DNA of 64,000 nucleotides from Felis catus. Taxonomy: Eukaryota. Positions within the stretch are counted from its first letter, which is position 1; every line of letters starts with the position of its first letter. The notes under the pieces were generated by a model, which saw only the letters and a program-made list of their open reading frames with translations, ran no database searches and was not told the DNA's origin. The position numbers and the translations under genes are program-made. The stretch is from contig NC_058370.1 of NCBI RefSeq assembly GCF_018350175.1, positions 6,634,001 through 6,698,000 on the forward strand, given 5' to 3'. Shown here one piece after another: positions 1-11,918 of this stretch.

Positions 1-337
1 TTGGACGGCTTACATGATGGGAATTTATTTTGTCACAGTTCTGGTGGCTGGAAAGTTTAAGATCAAGGTCTGGCAGAGTTTCTTTTCTGGTGAGAGCTCC
101 CTTCCTGGCTTGCAGGCGTAGGCTCTTGCTGTGTCCTCACATGATGGAGAGACAGTGAGCAGAAAAGCTCTCTGGCATCTCTTCTTACAAGGACACCTGT
201 CCCATGGGGGGTGGGGGGCACCCTCAAGACCTTATCTAAACCTCATTATTTCCCAAAGGCCCCACCTTCAGATCCCATCTCACTGGGGTTAGGGCTTCAA
301 CAGAGGATTTTGGGGGAAGCACGATTTAATCCATTGC
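1..337 (-). mobile_element. MaLR LTR (MLT1A/B-like), runs off the window start
   Basis: Diagnostic MLT1 antisense text 'aatttattttgtcacagttctggtggctggaaagtttaagatcaagg' and terminal 'gggcttcaac..gattttggggg..ccattgc'. Confidence 0.8.
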
Positions 338-659
338 GTGGAGTCACTTCATAGCTTGGCCCTGTCCTCCTTCATGTTGGCCTCAATCTTAGGTTCCATG
401 TTGGGGTAAAGGTGGCTGCCGGCAGCTATAGGCCTGCCCGCTGTGAACTCAAGTCCGAGAGAAAGGCGTGAGGGCCTCGCTCAATCAGTGCAAGACGCGC
501 AGACCTCATCTTCTTGAATCTGTTTGGACCAGGAGCTCGTCCCTCAGCCATTTGTTTGGGGCAGGGGAATGCAGCGTCTGGATTGGCCAGGGCTGAGTCC
601 TGGGCTCCGTTCTGGGGCTGCGGGGAAGTTAGCTGCCCCTGAATCCCATGCACCAGAGA

Positions 660-960
660 GCGAAGGGTGGGTCCCCCGAGGAGAGTGTAGTGGGAAGGGA
701 AAGGGGGAGAGCAGGATTGGGCCGAGGGAGAAGCTGAATGGCGATGCAGGCCGGCCTCAGCCCATCCTGGGGAGCTCTGGAGATACATGGGCCGTCAGAG
801 TCCTCCCTGTTGGGCTGAATGGTTGGGCCTTTATACCGACCATGTCAGTCATTGGCTGTGGGCTGGGCTGGTGCTCCGCTTTGAGCTTGGGCACGATGGC
901 ATTCTGCAGCTGAGGCAGATCCTGAGGGAACTAGACAGCTAGAGGCTCCTAGCTGACAAC
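660..960 (-). mobile_element. ERVL LTR (LTR16-like) fragment
   Basis: 'gcaggattgggccgagggagaagctg..gcgatgcag..cctcagccc..ggggagctctggag..gcctttatacc..cagtcattgg' resembles recalled LTR16; TATA on minus strand. Confidence 0.55.
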
Positions 961-1469
961 TTGAAGGGGCTTAAAGGGGGTCCTGGCTGGCGCAGCACCT
1001 TGTTCACCCCAAAAGAACGGGTGAATATGTGCCAACATAGAGATGTGGGCAGGCCAGTATCAGCAGGGAGTGTGCTTACCATGTGTACCCAGGAATTGAG
1101 TTTTACAGCACTGCCAACGTTGTGGGAGAGCCGGAGGGGATTTGTCCCTGACCTCCCTCACGGAGTGACACAATGTCTGCTTACACGAGAGTGCTGACTG
1201 CAGCAGCTCCTGTGACAAAGGTCTGGGTTAGGTCTGTCCTTGGCTGGAAGCTCATGTTGTTACGGTGTGTGGTTAGAACTCACCACCTGAGTGTGAGTTG
1301 CCGGCAGGGACAGCCCCAGGGAAGGAATGAGAAAACAGCTCATCTATGAGTGGGGCACATTTTATGATGATGTACATCGAATCAGGAGTTTCTGATATCT
1401 ATTCGTAACGCTCCCATCGTGGCCAGCCACTTCACTGTGTAGCTGAGTTTTAAAAATCATACTTTATGT

Positions 1470-2010
1470 ATTTTATTTTGGGATAGTTTCAGACTTACAG
1501 CAAAATTGCAGAGACAGTGCAGAGAGTCCCCCACATGTCCCTGGTCCCCCTTCCCCCATCGTGAACATCTTGCATCATCACAGTACCTTTGTTAAAGGCT
1601 GGGAAACCAGCTTTGGTCCACTGCTACTCACTGCACTCCACATTTTGTTTTGATTTCGCTGGTTTCCCATTAATGTCCTCTTCCTGGTCCAGGGTCCCAT
1701 GTAAGAAACCACATTGCATTGCGTGACCACGTCTGCTTGGTCTCTTCGGGTCTGTGACAGTTTCGCTCTTCCCTGGCTTTTCATGACTTTCGTGATGGTT
1801 TTGAGAAGCACCGGTCAGATTGTCTGTGGCAGGTCTCTTAATTTGGGTTTGTTTGATTTTTTTTTTCTTTTTTTTAATGGTCAGGCTGGGGTTGTGGGTT
1901 TCTGGAAAGAATACCACAGAGGTGAGAATATCACATCATATCAGGGGCACATGACACCCACCTGGCATCACGGGGATGCTAGCCTTGGTCGCTTGCTGAA
2001 AAGAATCTTC
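1470..2010 (-). mobile_element. Old L1 3' end (L1MC4-like)
   Basis: 'ttttattttg..tttcagacttacag.aaaattgca..ccacattgcatt..tgtgacagtt..aagaataccacaga' matches the recalled L1MC4 3' UTR in antisense. Confidence 0.75.
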
Positions 2011-2443
2011 TGTAAGTGAGTTTTGATAACTCAAACTTGGCTTCAGGGGGTCTTAACATTTTTATGTGAATTTCTCTTGGGGTCTTAAATCTCAACTTTT
2101 ACTCACGGAAAGGATGTGGGTTGTGATACAAGAGTATTAATTAGCTGTAATACTGATGGGAGGGCAGTTCCTACATCACTGTCTGATGGCCTTCCTTCTG
2201 TCCCTTCCTATATACTGTTTCCTGCCTTTTCTCCACCAGACTCAACACTGCTGAGTACCCAGACACCTACTCTGCCATGACATTAACAGCATCTGCCTAG
2301 GAATATTCCAGTGTGTCAGCTACTTTGCTTCTTCCTTCCTTGGTTCCTTCCCTCCTTCCTTTTCATATATCTACAGGTTTTCATTTTTATGTTTACATAC
2401 AAGTATATAAATATATTAATTTGGCTTGCAATTAATCTGTATT

Positions 2444-2668
2444 TTTTTTTAATTTTTTTTTTCTAACGTTTTTATTTATTTTTGGGACAGAGAGAGACAG
2501 AGCATGAACGGGGGAGGGGCAGAGAGAGAGGGAGACACAGAATCGGAAACAGGCTCCAGGCTCCGAGCCACCAGCCCAGAGCCCGACGCGGGGCTCGAAC
2601 TCGGGGACCGCGAGATCGTGACCTGGCTGAAGTCGGACGCTTAACCGACTGCGCCACCCAGGCGCCCC
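2444..2668 (-). mobile_element. CanSINE, young SINEC_Fc-type
   Basis: Full-length body, (CT)n and A-tail; TSD caattaatctgtatt at 2429-2443 and 2670-2684. Confidence 0.97.
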
Positions 2669-2747
2669 TCAATTAATCTGTATTAATTAAGTGGTATGCA
2701 GAACAAAATTAGCTCTGTTTTTCCAACTCCGTGTCCAAATATTTTAA

Positions 2748-2950
2748 TTTTTTTAATGTTAATTTTTGAGAGAGACAGAGCGTGAGCAGGGGAGGGGCAG
2801 AGAGAGAGAGGGAGACCCAGAATCTGAAGCAGGCTCCAGGCTCTGAGCTGTCAGCATGGAGCCTGACACGGGGCTCAAACTCATGAACTGTGAGATCATG
2901 ACCTGAGCCGAAGTCGGACTATTAACTGACTGAGTCACCCAGATGCCCCC
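2748..2950 (-). mobile_element. CanSINE, SINEC_Fc2-like
   Basis: CanSINE body; flanked by the direct repeat aatattttaat. Confidence 0.93.
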
Positions 2951-3077
2951 CCCCCCCCACCAATATTTTAATACTGTGCATTGAAAAAGCTTTTATTTCC
3001 CAACTTATTTTAGGATTTATTTTTACTCATAATTAGGTTCCTGATATCTTATATGTCTGTTAATCTCTATCTCTTTA

Positions 3078-3250
3078 CTTTTTTTAAATTGAGCTACACA
3101 TACCACAAAATTCTTAGTTTTAATACAGTGATTTTTAGTACATTCATAAGGTTGTGCAACCATCACCACTACTAATTCTAGAACATTTTCATCACCCAAA
3201 ATGGAAGCCTCAGCCCCTGGCAATGACTAATCTACTTTCTGTCTCTGTGT
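3078..3250 (-). mobile_element. L1MB-like 3' end fragment
   Basis: 'tacattcataaggttgtgcaaccatcaccacta..tagaacattttcatcaccc..cccctggcaa..ctaatctactttctgtctct'. Confidence 0.75.
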
Positions 3251-4021
3251 GACAATAAAAAAATACGCCCCTCTAGGGCCATGTTTAACTTCTGGATCAC
3301 AGAACCTTCCATTTTCTCTCTTTGTCATTTTTCAGATTCAGAAACAAACAAACAAAAGAACAACTATAAATTTTCCTGTTTAAAATTCTGCGTGAAAATT
3401 ATAAGAACATTCAAAATTTCTTCTTCTTAATCTCTTGAATTTCAAGGAGACTCTGAATGGAGAGTGAGTTGTTTTCTGAGCACTTCAATGCAAGGAACAG
3501 GTCAGGGTACTTTTTATGTCTTTTTTAAAAGAACATCTTTTCTTTGTACTCTGCTGGATCTTCTTTTGAAAACTTAGAGTAAAATCCAATTTGCTTCTCC
3601 AAGTCTACTTTCTTATGGCTGATTCACAAATTGTAGCAAATTCATGACAGGAGGCAGGGGTTTCTCGTGTGCAGAAGACAAAACGATCCATGTTGTTCCA
3701 AGTTCGGCTCGATGCCACCAAATCTGGCTGGAGGATCAGATCTGATGCGTAAAAAAACCCTCTGCGGTGTCCAGACATACTCTCTGTATATTTCCTGGTT
3801 AAAAAAAAAAAATCTTAGCACATTAGAGTTGTGTTTCCTTCATTAATCACAAAATGGAGTGCTTTTAACTTTCCTCAGCTCCCCCGTTTTTTCCCCTTTG
3901 CTTGGTTAACACTTGGGTCTTCTGTTTTGAATGTTGTGTTTCTGGGGCCATTACCGAGGTGAAGTTATGGCTGTAGGGTTTGCACCATTGAGTTGTTTCA
4001 CACCAGGGTGGGCTGGTGCAG

Positions 4022-4146
4022 AGCAGGGCTTTCCCTCCGTAGATGGGCATCCGGATCACCCAGGAAATCTTGTCAAAATGCAGAATCTGGTTCAGTAGGT
4101 CCGGGGGATAACGATGCTGCCGATTCACAGACGACCTGGAACAGCA
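4022..4146. mobile_element. MER5-like hAT-Charlie MITE fragment
   Basis: 'atcacccaggaaatcttgtcaaaatgcaga.tctggttcagtaggtc'. Confidence 0.6.
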
Positions 4147-4628
4147 CGGAGAGAGATGTAGCCATTTTTAGACTCTGGGGAACAGTGCTCTGAGGAACAG
4201 GCCCAGTGTGGAATGCACTCTGATGATGGTGGGGAGCAGTCCACGCCCAAACAGCGGATGTTCCCAGCTGTTGTGTTCATATCAGTGCTTTTCATGTGTG
4301 ACCAGTGATGGTGGCCAAAGGCTCCACACTGGGGCTGCTGCCTAAAAGGGTAATTTGGGCCTAATGTCCTGCCCTTTCTGGGGAGTCTATGCCTCACTTT
4401 AACATCCTTAGTGAATTCCTTTGTATTTAAATTGGACGGGGTGGGTTTTGTTATTTATGTTCAAGGATCTGGCCCATTCTTACATTCCAATTTGGGTAAT
4501 TGCTGGCCATCTTTCGTCAACTTGGAAGAAGACTGCTGGGATCGATTAGCAATGCCTGCACTGATCTAGAGCTAGGGAGCAGGACCACGCGACGTGCATC
4601 GTGCTTTTGGCATCCCTGTGCCATGGTC

Positions 4629-5065
4629 TGTATTCGTTTCCTAAATGTCGTAGCTTAAAACCACAGGAATTTATTCTCTCACAGTTCTGGAGGTCAGAAA
4701 CCCAAACTGGGTTGACAGGGCTTTGTTCTTCCTGGAGTCTGTAGGACAGAATCTGTTTCCCTGGATACTTTGGCTTCTAGAGGCCCAACTGCTCTCTTGA
4801 CTCATGGGCCCTTCCTCCGGTCTCAAAGCCAGCAGTTAGAATCCAAATCTCTCTCTGACCTGCTTGTATCGCATCTCCTTTTCTAACTCTGGCCCTCCTG
4901 CCTCCCTCACATAAGGACCTTCTGATGACATTGGGCCCATCAAGATAGTCTGTCTTAAGACCCATAACCTTAATCATGTCTGCAAAGTTCCTTTGGCCGT
5001 GTAAGGTAACAGAGTCTAGGGATTAGGAGTGGGCGTCTTTGGAGGCCACTATCTTGTTGGTCACA
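4629..5065 (-). mobile_element. MaLR LTR (MLT1C/D-like)
   Basis: 'tgtatt..aatttattctctcacagttctggagg..ttgggccca..aaccttaatca..tctgcaaag..gtaaggtaaca..gggattagg..caca'. Confidence 0.85.
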
Positions 5066-5354
5066 TGTCTGTTCATCAGAGTCTCAGACCCTCTAGGGGG
5101 CATTCTTAGCCCACCCATAGATACTCAGTTCTTTGGCAACCGACTCAGGCTAACTCAAGATTAATGTATTCATTTATAATGATGACAGTCCTCTTCAGAG
5201 ACCATGGTACTTGAGTGTTATGTATAGAGGGTCCCGTCTTTCTGAAATTCCTGGGAATGTAGACTGTTACCCAGAGGGTTCTTGATGACTTAGGAATCAG
5301 AGAAGAGGAGGCAGGATGGTTGGGAGGGTGCACCTGATTCCATGAAAGCCTAAG

Positions 5355-6003
5355 AGAACCCTCTTGCCCTGTTGGTGGGAAGGCAGACTGGTGTGGCTGC
5401 TCTGGGAAACAGTGTGGAGGTTCCTCAGAAAATTAAAAATAGACCTACCCGATGACCCAGCCATAGCACTGCTAGGAATTTACCCAAGGGATACCGGAGT
5501 GCTGATGCATAGGGGCACTTGTACCCCAATGTTTATAGCAGCAATAGCCAAATTATGGAAAGAGCCTAAATGTCCATCAACTGATGAATGGATAAAGAAT
5601 CTGTGGTTTATATACACAATGGAATACTACGTGGCAATGAGAAAGAATGAAATCTGGCCTTTTGTAGCAACGTGGATGGAACTGGAGAGTGTGATGCTAA
5701 GTGAAATAAGCCATACAGAGAAAGACAGATACCATATGTTTTCACTCTTATGTGGATTCTGAGAAACTTAACAGAAACCCATGGGGGAGGGGAAGAAAAA
5801 AAAAAAGGAAAAAAAGAGGTTAGAGTGGGAGAGAGTCAAACCATAAGAGACTCTTAAAAACTGAGAATAAACTGAGGGCTGATGGGGGGTGGGAGGCAGG
5901 GGAGGGTGGGTGATGGGCATTGAGGAGGGCACCTGTTGGGATGAGCACTGGGTATTGTATGGAAACCAATTTGACGATAAATTTCATATTAAAAAAAAAA
6001 AGA
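5355..6003 (+). mobile_element. 5'-truncated feline L1 (ORF2 C-terminus, 3' UTR and poly-A)
   Basis: ORF 5364-5762 encodes the L1 ORF2 C-terminus (..DPAIALLGIYP..KWKEPKCPS-type ..WPFVATWMELESVMLSEIS..YHMFSL); G-rich 3' UTR; A-tail. Confidence 0.96.
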
Positions 6004-6074
6004 AGAAAATCTTTATCCTTAAAGCAATTCTTCTCCCTAGAGCCTGGGAAACTCCTTTCCTTTTGATAGAACAG

Positions 6075-6271
6075 AAACTGGTAAACTGTGGCCCACCACC
6101 TGTTCTTATAAATAAAGTTTTATTGGGACACAGCTAGACCTGTTGGTTTATGTATGGTCACGGCTGCCGTCATACTAGAATGGTACAATTTAGTGGTTAT
6201 GACATGAATGGCCTGCAAAGCCCAAACTATTTACTCTTTGGCCCCTTGTAGAAAATGTTTGCCAGCCCCTG
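6075..6271. mobile_element. MER58A DNA transposon
   Basis: 'aaataaagttttattgg.acacagc..ggcctgcaaagccc.aa.tatttact..tggccc.tt..agaaaa.gtttgcc..cccctg'. Confidence 0.85.
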
Positions 6272-6319
6272 ATACCTTACTACACACCTCTGCCCCCCAA
6301 AAAGATTGCCCCCCCCACA

Positions 6320-6460
6320 ATCTTCAGCATATGTTAAACTTGCCCGAGGGAAGCTTATTAAGACACAAATCCTGGAATGGGGTCCAAGAATTTGCTTTTC
6401 TGTCAAGTTCCCAGAGGATCCTGATGATGCTGTCTGAGGACCACACTTCGGGAGCTGCAC
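6320..6460. mobile_element. MER5A-like fragment
   Basis: 'ggggtccaagaatttgc.ttt..caagttcccag.ggat.ctgatg..gaggaccacactt'. Confidence 0.65.
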
Positions 6461-6630
6461 CACTAGGCTGTAAACTCTGCGAAAGCAGGGACTCCGGTTG
6501 GTTCTCTGGCGTATGCGGTTGTGACATTGCGGGCACTTAATGCACGTAGTAATAGCTGAATAAGTAGCTGGTCCTGTTGTCTTTCTCTTAGAGCCGATCA
6601 ATACTGATGCACCAAAAACACCTTTCTATG

Positions 6631-6790
6631 TGTGTGGTGAGCGAAATCGTGCCCCCTCCCCAAAGACGTCCGTGTCCCAATCCCCGAACCTGTGAATATG
6701 TTACTTTCTGTGGCAGAAGGGACATCGCAGTGTTGATTAATACAGTGGACTTTGAGATGGGGAGATAATCCCAGATGATCCAGAAGGCAG
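6631..6790 (+). mobile_element. MLT1C/D LTR, 5' part only
   Basis: 'tgtggt..ccccaaaga.gtcc.tgtcc.aatcccc.aacctgtgaatatgttac..ttgagatggggagat.atcc'; similarity stops abruptly near 6790. Confidence 0.8.
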
Positions 6791-8019
6791 GCACAGAGAC
6801 CCGCCCCACAAGCACGCTTCTCGGTGTGGACACCCTTCCGCTCTGCGTCCTGATTTACAGACCCTCCTCCCCTCCCACAAAAGCAGCTGGGCCTGCTGCG
6901 TGCTTGTGAGCCTGGAGCTGAATTAGGACGCTCCTCGCACAGCCTTGCTCTCCCTGTTTAGGGAAACGGAAGTCAAACCGCTGTTGGCAGAAGCTGAGAG
7001 GAGAGAGCGCTGCTGTTCTTGGTGACACGTGAGGAGAACGGTGCGTGTCACCTCTGCTGACGCCAGTGCTCTGGATTGGACAGCAGCGTCCGTCACCTGC
7101 ACATCCCTTCCCCTCATTCTGCAGGAGGCTGGTCGGTCCTCCGGGCAGACACCTGCTTTCAGCCAGAGACCGAGATCGGATGAGGGATCGGCACAGTGTG
7201 GTGGCTTGGTGCAGGGCCACGCGTCCGGCTCTCGTCCCGGAACCTCTGCAGGAGCACCATCAGGGGCCGGCCTTCCCCCACTCCGTGTTCGCCGGGATGG
7301 AGACGGGCAGGCAGAAAATGCACCTGTGTGGGGCAGTGAGCCGGGGAAGGGGGCTGCGGCGGAGGGGTGACCGGCACCCCCAGCTGGAGCGACAGCAGCC
7401 CTGGAGCAGGCAGGCCCCGCAGACACGTACTTGTCTGGGGCGAGGGGCCCAGGCCACGTGCCAACGTCGGTGGTCATCCACTGTGCAATTCCTCCACCCC
7501 CGTGCGTAGACCTAGGCGCGATGTCTCTCTCTCAGCTGGAGGCAAGCAAGCCTCAGAGAAGGGCTCGGCTGCCGGCTGTTGGCCACTGTGCTCTCTGCAG
7601 CCGGGGAGAGTCTCAGGCCTGGAGAGGGACAGGGCAGTGCACAAACATCCACCACAGCCCTCGTCCGTGGCCTCTGGATGATGCAAACGGGTGATCGCGT
7701 CCGTCCGTTTCCATCAGTCAAGTCTGCTCAGGCCGAGCTGCGCTCGGAGTGGTCAAGCTCTAAAGCCAAACAGGAAAAGAAAATTATGAGGAGCCAGAGT
7801 CACCCTCTCAAACCCCAGTGAGAGGCTCCTGCCAGGAGAAGCCATGGGAACGTAAACCAACCAAAGAAACAGGGAATTTCATGTCTTTCGTGTCCTGGGT
7901 ATCAAGCTTATCCTCGCGGAACATTGCACCGGCTAGGAGCTCCCTATTTAGATGATCTCCCTCTCTCTGTAGAAAAATACAGAACATAGAGAATTGAGCT
8001 TGCGTGTGTTAGATGTATG

Positions 8020-8870
8020 TATTCCTCACACCTGTCAGAATGGCTAAAATTGACGATGCAAGAAACAGCAGGTGTTGGTGAGGATGTGCAGAAAAGGGGA
8101 ACCTTCTTGCATTGTTGGTGGGAATGCAAGCTGGTTCAGCTGCTCTGGAGAACGGCGTGGAGGTTCCTCAGAAAACTAAAACTAGATCTACCCTACAGTC
8201 CAGCAATTGCAGTGTTAGGTATTTACCCAAAGGACAGAAAAGAAATAAAGATTTAAAGGGGTACATGCACGCCGATGTTTATAATAGCATTATCAGCAAT
8301 AGCCAAACTATGGAGAGAGCCCACATGTCCATGAACATGGATAAAGAACGGGGGTTCCACGGTTTCACACATGTGGAACTTAAGAAGCAAAACAGATGAA
8401 CATATGGGAAGTTGGGGGGGGGAAGAGAAGAGAGGGAAACAAACCATAAGAGACTCTTAACGATAGAGAACAAACTGAGGGTTGAGGGCAGGAGGTGGGT
8501 GGGGGATGGGCTAGATGGGGCATGAGTATTTTTTTTTTTCAACATTTATTTATTTTTGGTACAGAGAGAGACACAGCATGAACGGGGGAGGGGCAGAGAG
8601 AGAGGGAGACACAGATAGGGAAACAGGCTCCAGGCTCTGAGCCATCAGCCCAGAGCCCGACGCGGGGCTCGAACTCACGGACCGTGAGATCGTGACCTGG
8701 CTGAAGTCGGACGCTTAACCGACTGCGCCACCCAGGCGCCCCGGGGCATGAGTATTAAGGAGGGCACTTGTTGGGATGAGCACTGGGTGTCGTATGTAAG
8801 TGAGGAATCCCTGAATTCTACTCCTGAAACCAATATTGCCCTGTATGTTAACTAAATTTTAAATTTAAAA
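8020..8870 (+). mobile_element. Carnivore L1 3' end with internal deletion, interrupted by a SINE
   Basis: ORF2 C-terminal remnant (HCWWECKLVQ..WRFLRKLK..PAIAVLGIYPK); 3' UTR 'ttgttgggatgagcactgggtgt..ctcctgaaaccaata..tatgttaactaa'. Confidence 0.92.
8531..8742 (-). mobile_element. CanSINE, young SINEC_Fc-type, inside the L1 3' UTR
   Basis: TSD ggggcatgagtatt at 8517-8530 and 8743-8756. Confidence 0.97.
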
Positions 8871-10131
8871 ACTGTATCATTGGAGCCCAACACAACACTG
8901 GTGTCCTTGCCATCAGCCTGCCCACGGCCCCCTTTTGTTACTGTAGAATATTAATCCTTGTATGCTCTGCCCTTGAGCAGCCAAGAAGTGGTATCCGTGT
9001 GTGGGGAGGATGGACGCACAATAAATACAATAGAGCACGACAGATGCAACAAAGAGGTCGCCGTTGAGACCAGAATGAGTTCTGACCGTTTGACATGCTT
9101 TCACAATGTTCCTCTGTTCCCTTGGCTCGCTCTCCTCTGTGGAAGGATTTTGTAAGTGGTGGGCCCAGCCACGGAAGTTCTCTCTTACTGAGCGAGATCT
9201 AAAAATCACAACCGTTGGCCTCCTTCAGAGTCCGATGAGGTTGACCGTGAAGATTTTCTCGTTTCGCCGAATTCATAATTTAAGGGAACATTGGCTGACA
9301 AAAATAGATACGGACATCATCTGAAATGGAAGGGGACAGGAGAACATTAAGTGCTCCAAGGACAGGTGGGTTGACTGTTTTGTGCTGGAACATCTCTCCC
9401 TGAAACAGAAGGAGAAAATAGCCCTGTATGTATGATCCGAACCATGGTAACATGAGTGTTTTCTTTGCTAGGAATGGCTTTTTTCTCCCCCCTTAAAACC
9501 AAGGCTTTTATAGAAAACATTTCTTTCAAAGAAAAACAAGAGCGGGCTTCTTGGTTGGCAAGGAATAGTCCAGGTTTGCCTCAAACACGCTCATGCTTTT
9601 TTGAGAATGGAGACTGGCCTGGTGGCGGGTCCATCACGTGCAGCCATGCTTGACGTCCAGGTGGATGCGTTCTGCGTGAACGTGCGGGTGGCCGAGAACA
9701 GTGTGTGATTGCTGGGTGCAGTTGCCACTGGCCGTTCTGTCCTTCCGGTGTCACCGTGGGCTGGCATCCGCAGGACGTTTGCCCCCAAACCTTTCCCTCT
9801 CTGGTGCTGCTGGGCTCATTAGCTTTTTTCCTTCTGGGGATCGGCCACATGTTTTGCTTGGTAATGTCTCCCAAGTTCAGAGAGATGTAACACTCAGTGC
9901 TGTTGATTCATTCATGTTCCTGAAGGGAGGAAGTACATTTCCAGGAGGGCTTCCAGAAGTGAGACCTCAGTGATAAAACCCGCATTTTGGCCCTAGATCG
10001 AATTGCAAACCATTGATTCCATGTGTACTGAAATGCTATCTAACTAAATCCTTGCCTCTGTTCATGTATTTGATCATTCATTCATTCATTCACTCGTTGG
10101 CTCCTTCATTTGGTCACTTATTCTTTGGTGT

Positions 10132-10494
10132 TTGCCATGAACTGAGTTAGGTCCTTGCAACATTACATACCGAAGCCCTAGCCGCGCTGTGACTGTGATT
10201 GGAGATAGAGGCTGGAGAAGGCCATTAGGTTAAACGAAGTCATCAGGGCGGGTCCCTAATGCAGTGGGACGACAGCCTCGGAAGAAGAGGAAAATCTCTC
10301 TCTTTCTGTCCCCCACTCCATGAGGCGTGGTCATCAGGAAGCCAGGAGGAGGGCTGTTACCAGCACCTGACCATTGCTGGCATCCTGATCTTGGACTTGC
10401 AGCCTTCAGAACCGTGAGAAAATAAATTTCTTCTGTCTCAGTCACCCAGGCTGTGGTATTTTGTTACGGCGGGTGTGAGCTAACTAATTAATAC
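10132..10494 (+). mobile_element. MLT1A-like LTR inserted into an L2 3' end
   Basis: 'catgctggca-type ..cctgatcttggactt.cagcct.cagaac.gtgagaaaataaatt..tgtggtattttgtta'; L2 (ttca)n tail at about 10075-10095 resumes at about 10510. Confidence 0.85.
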
Positions 10495-10591
10495 CGTCTC
10501 TTATTCCCTTAACAAACATTTGCTCAGTATATGTCAGGCACCACGAGAGATACTAGACATGAAATGGCAGACGTGTCCTTGGGACGTTCGC

Positions 10592-11078
10592 TGTCGGGTG
10601 CCTACCTACAGCCATCCCTCTTGTTCCTGGCAGCAGCACGATGTGGATTGTGGTGGGTCTGAGCTTGGCACGACACTCCTCTTTCTTCATTAATGGCTGA
10701 AGTATGGGCATGTGACCTGGTTCTAGTCCATGAGTAATAGGGAGAAGGGGCTACTGGTAATTATTTCCCTTCCTGAAAAGAGAAAAGCACACAAGAAGAA
10801 AGGCTTTTTGCCCCTCCTAACTTACTTTCTGCTTTAGATGCATTTTGGTGAAGATACAGTATTTGGTGCTAGGGCAGCCATGTTGCAATCTTGAGGCAAG
10901 GGTGGGGGGGGGGAGAGAGAAGGAGGGGGGGGGGAGATGGAGAGAGGTTGATCCACTGTCACTGAATCACTGAACCTACAGATGTTTGTTAGGTAACATA
11001 ATTGACTGCTTTTCTGTCTAAGTGACCATGTGTAGGCTACTTTGTTCTTTGTTGCCCAAAACATCCTTATTGGTACAG
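10592..11078 (+). mobile_element. Old MaLR LTR (MLT1J/K-like)
   Basis: 'gggcatgtgacctggttct.gtcca.tgag..gcagccat.ttgca..aaacatcctt..tggtaca'. Confidence 0.6.
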
Positions 11079-11307
11079 TCCCTGCCTTCAAGGGCCTTAT
11101 AGTCTGATGGGGTGTATAGACTCTTAGATACTGACAATAGAACACCATGAGTATTTTAACAGAGGCATATACAGAATGGTACGTAAACACATTGTCTCAT
11201 AAAACCAAAAGGTTCTTTCTACCCCTTAGCCTCTGTTGAGGAGTGATATTCCAATGTATGTCTTTTCTCATTTCTAATGTCACTTCTTCAAGATGACCCA
11301 AGATTCT

Positions 11308-11525
11308 CTTTTTTTTTAATTAAAATTTTTTTCATGTTTATTTATTTTTGAGAGAGAGACAGAGCACGAGCAGGGGAGGGGCAGAGAGAGAGGGAGATAC
11401 AGAATCCAGGGCAGGCTCCAGGCTCTGAGCACAGAGCCCAATGTGGGGCTCGAACTCACGAACTGTGAGATCATGACCTGAGCTGATGTCAGACGCTTAA
11501 CCGACTGAGCCACCCAGGCATCCCC
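11308..11525 (-). mobile_element. CanSINE, SINEC_Fc2-like (first of a triple cluster)
   Basis: Body flanked by ccaag(a/g)ttctct at 11298 and 11524. Confidence 0.93.
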
Positions 11526-11537
11526 AAGGTTCTCTCT

Positions 11538-11774
11538 CTTTTTTTTTTTTTTATTTAAAATTTTTTTTTTCAACGTTTATTTATTTTTGTGACAGAGAGA
11601 GACAGAGCATGAACGGGGGAGGGGCAGAGAGAGAGGGAGACACAGAATTGGAAACAGGCTCCAGGCTCTGAGCCATTAGCCCAGAGCCCGATGCGGGGCT
11701 CGAACTCACAGACCACGAGATCGTGACCTGGCTGAAGTCGGACGCTTAACCGACTGCGCCACCCAGGCGCCCCC
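11538..11774 (-). mobile_element. CanSINE, young SINEC_Fc-type (second of a triple cluster)
   Basis: Body flanked by ccaaggttctct at 11524 and 11777. Confidence 0.95.
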
Positions 11775-11799
11775 AGCCAAGGTTCTCTTTTTAATAGTA

Positions 11800-11918
11800 A
11801 TTTCTTTTTGTTTTTAAGATTTTATTGTTAAGTAATCTCTACACCAAATGTGGGGCTCGAACCCACAACCCCAAGACCAAGAGTTAGGTTCTCTACTGAC
11901 TAAGTCAGCTGGGCGCCT
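11800..11918 (-). mobile_element. Older short CanSINE lacking (CT)n (third of a triple cluster)
   Basis: 'taagtaatctctacacc.aa.gtggggctcgaac.cacaacccc.aga.caagagt'; flanked by ccaag(g/a)ttctctttttaa at 11777 and 11927. Confidence 0.88.

Noticed and set aside
2472-2676. Recurrent near-identical peptides (MGQRETEHERGRGRERGRHR..., AQVMISRFVSSSP...) across the window, resembling a gene family
   Set aside because: All are translations of CanSINE copies
6855-7821. Many overlapping ORFs of 70-184 aa
   Set aside because: Open in several frames on both strands because stops are scarce in GC-rich DNA; no homology or exon structure recognised
9109-9157. Possible 6-nt microexon (pyrimidine tract, GGAAG|GATTTT|GTAAGT)
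   Set aside because: Weak purine-preceded acceptor and poor exonic donor context; cannot be supported without RNA or conservation data
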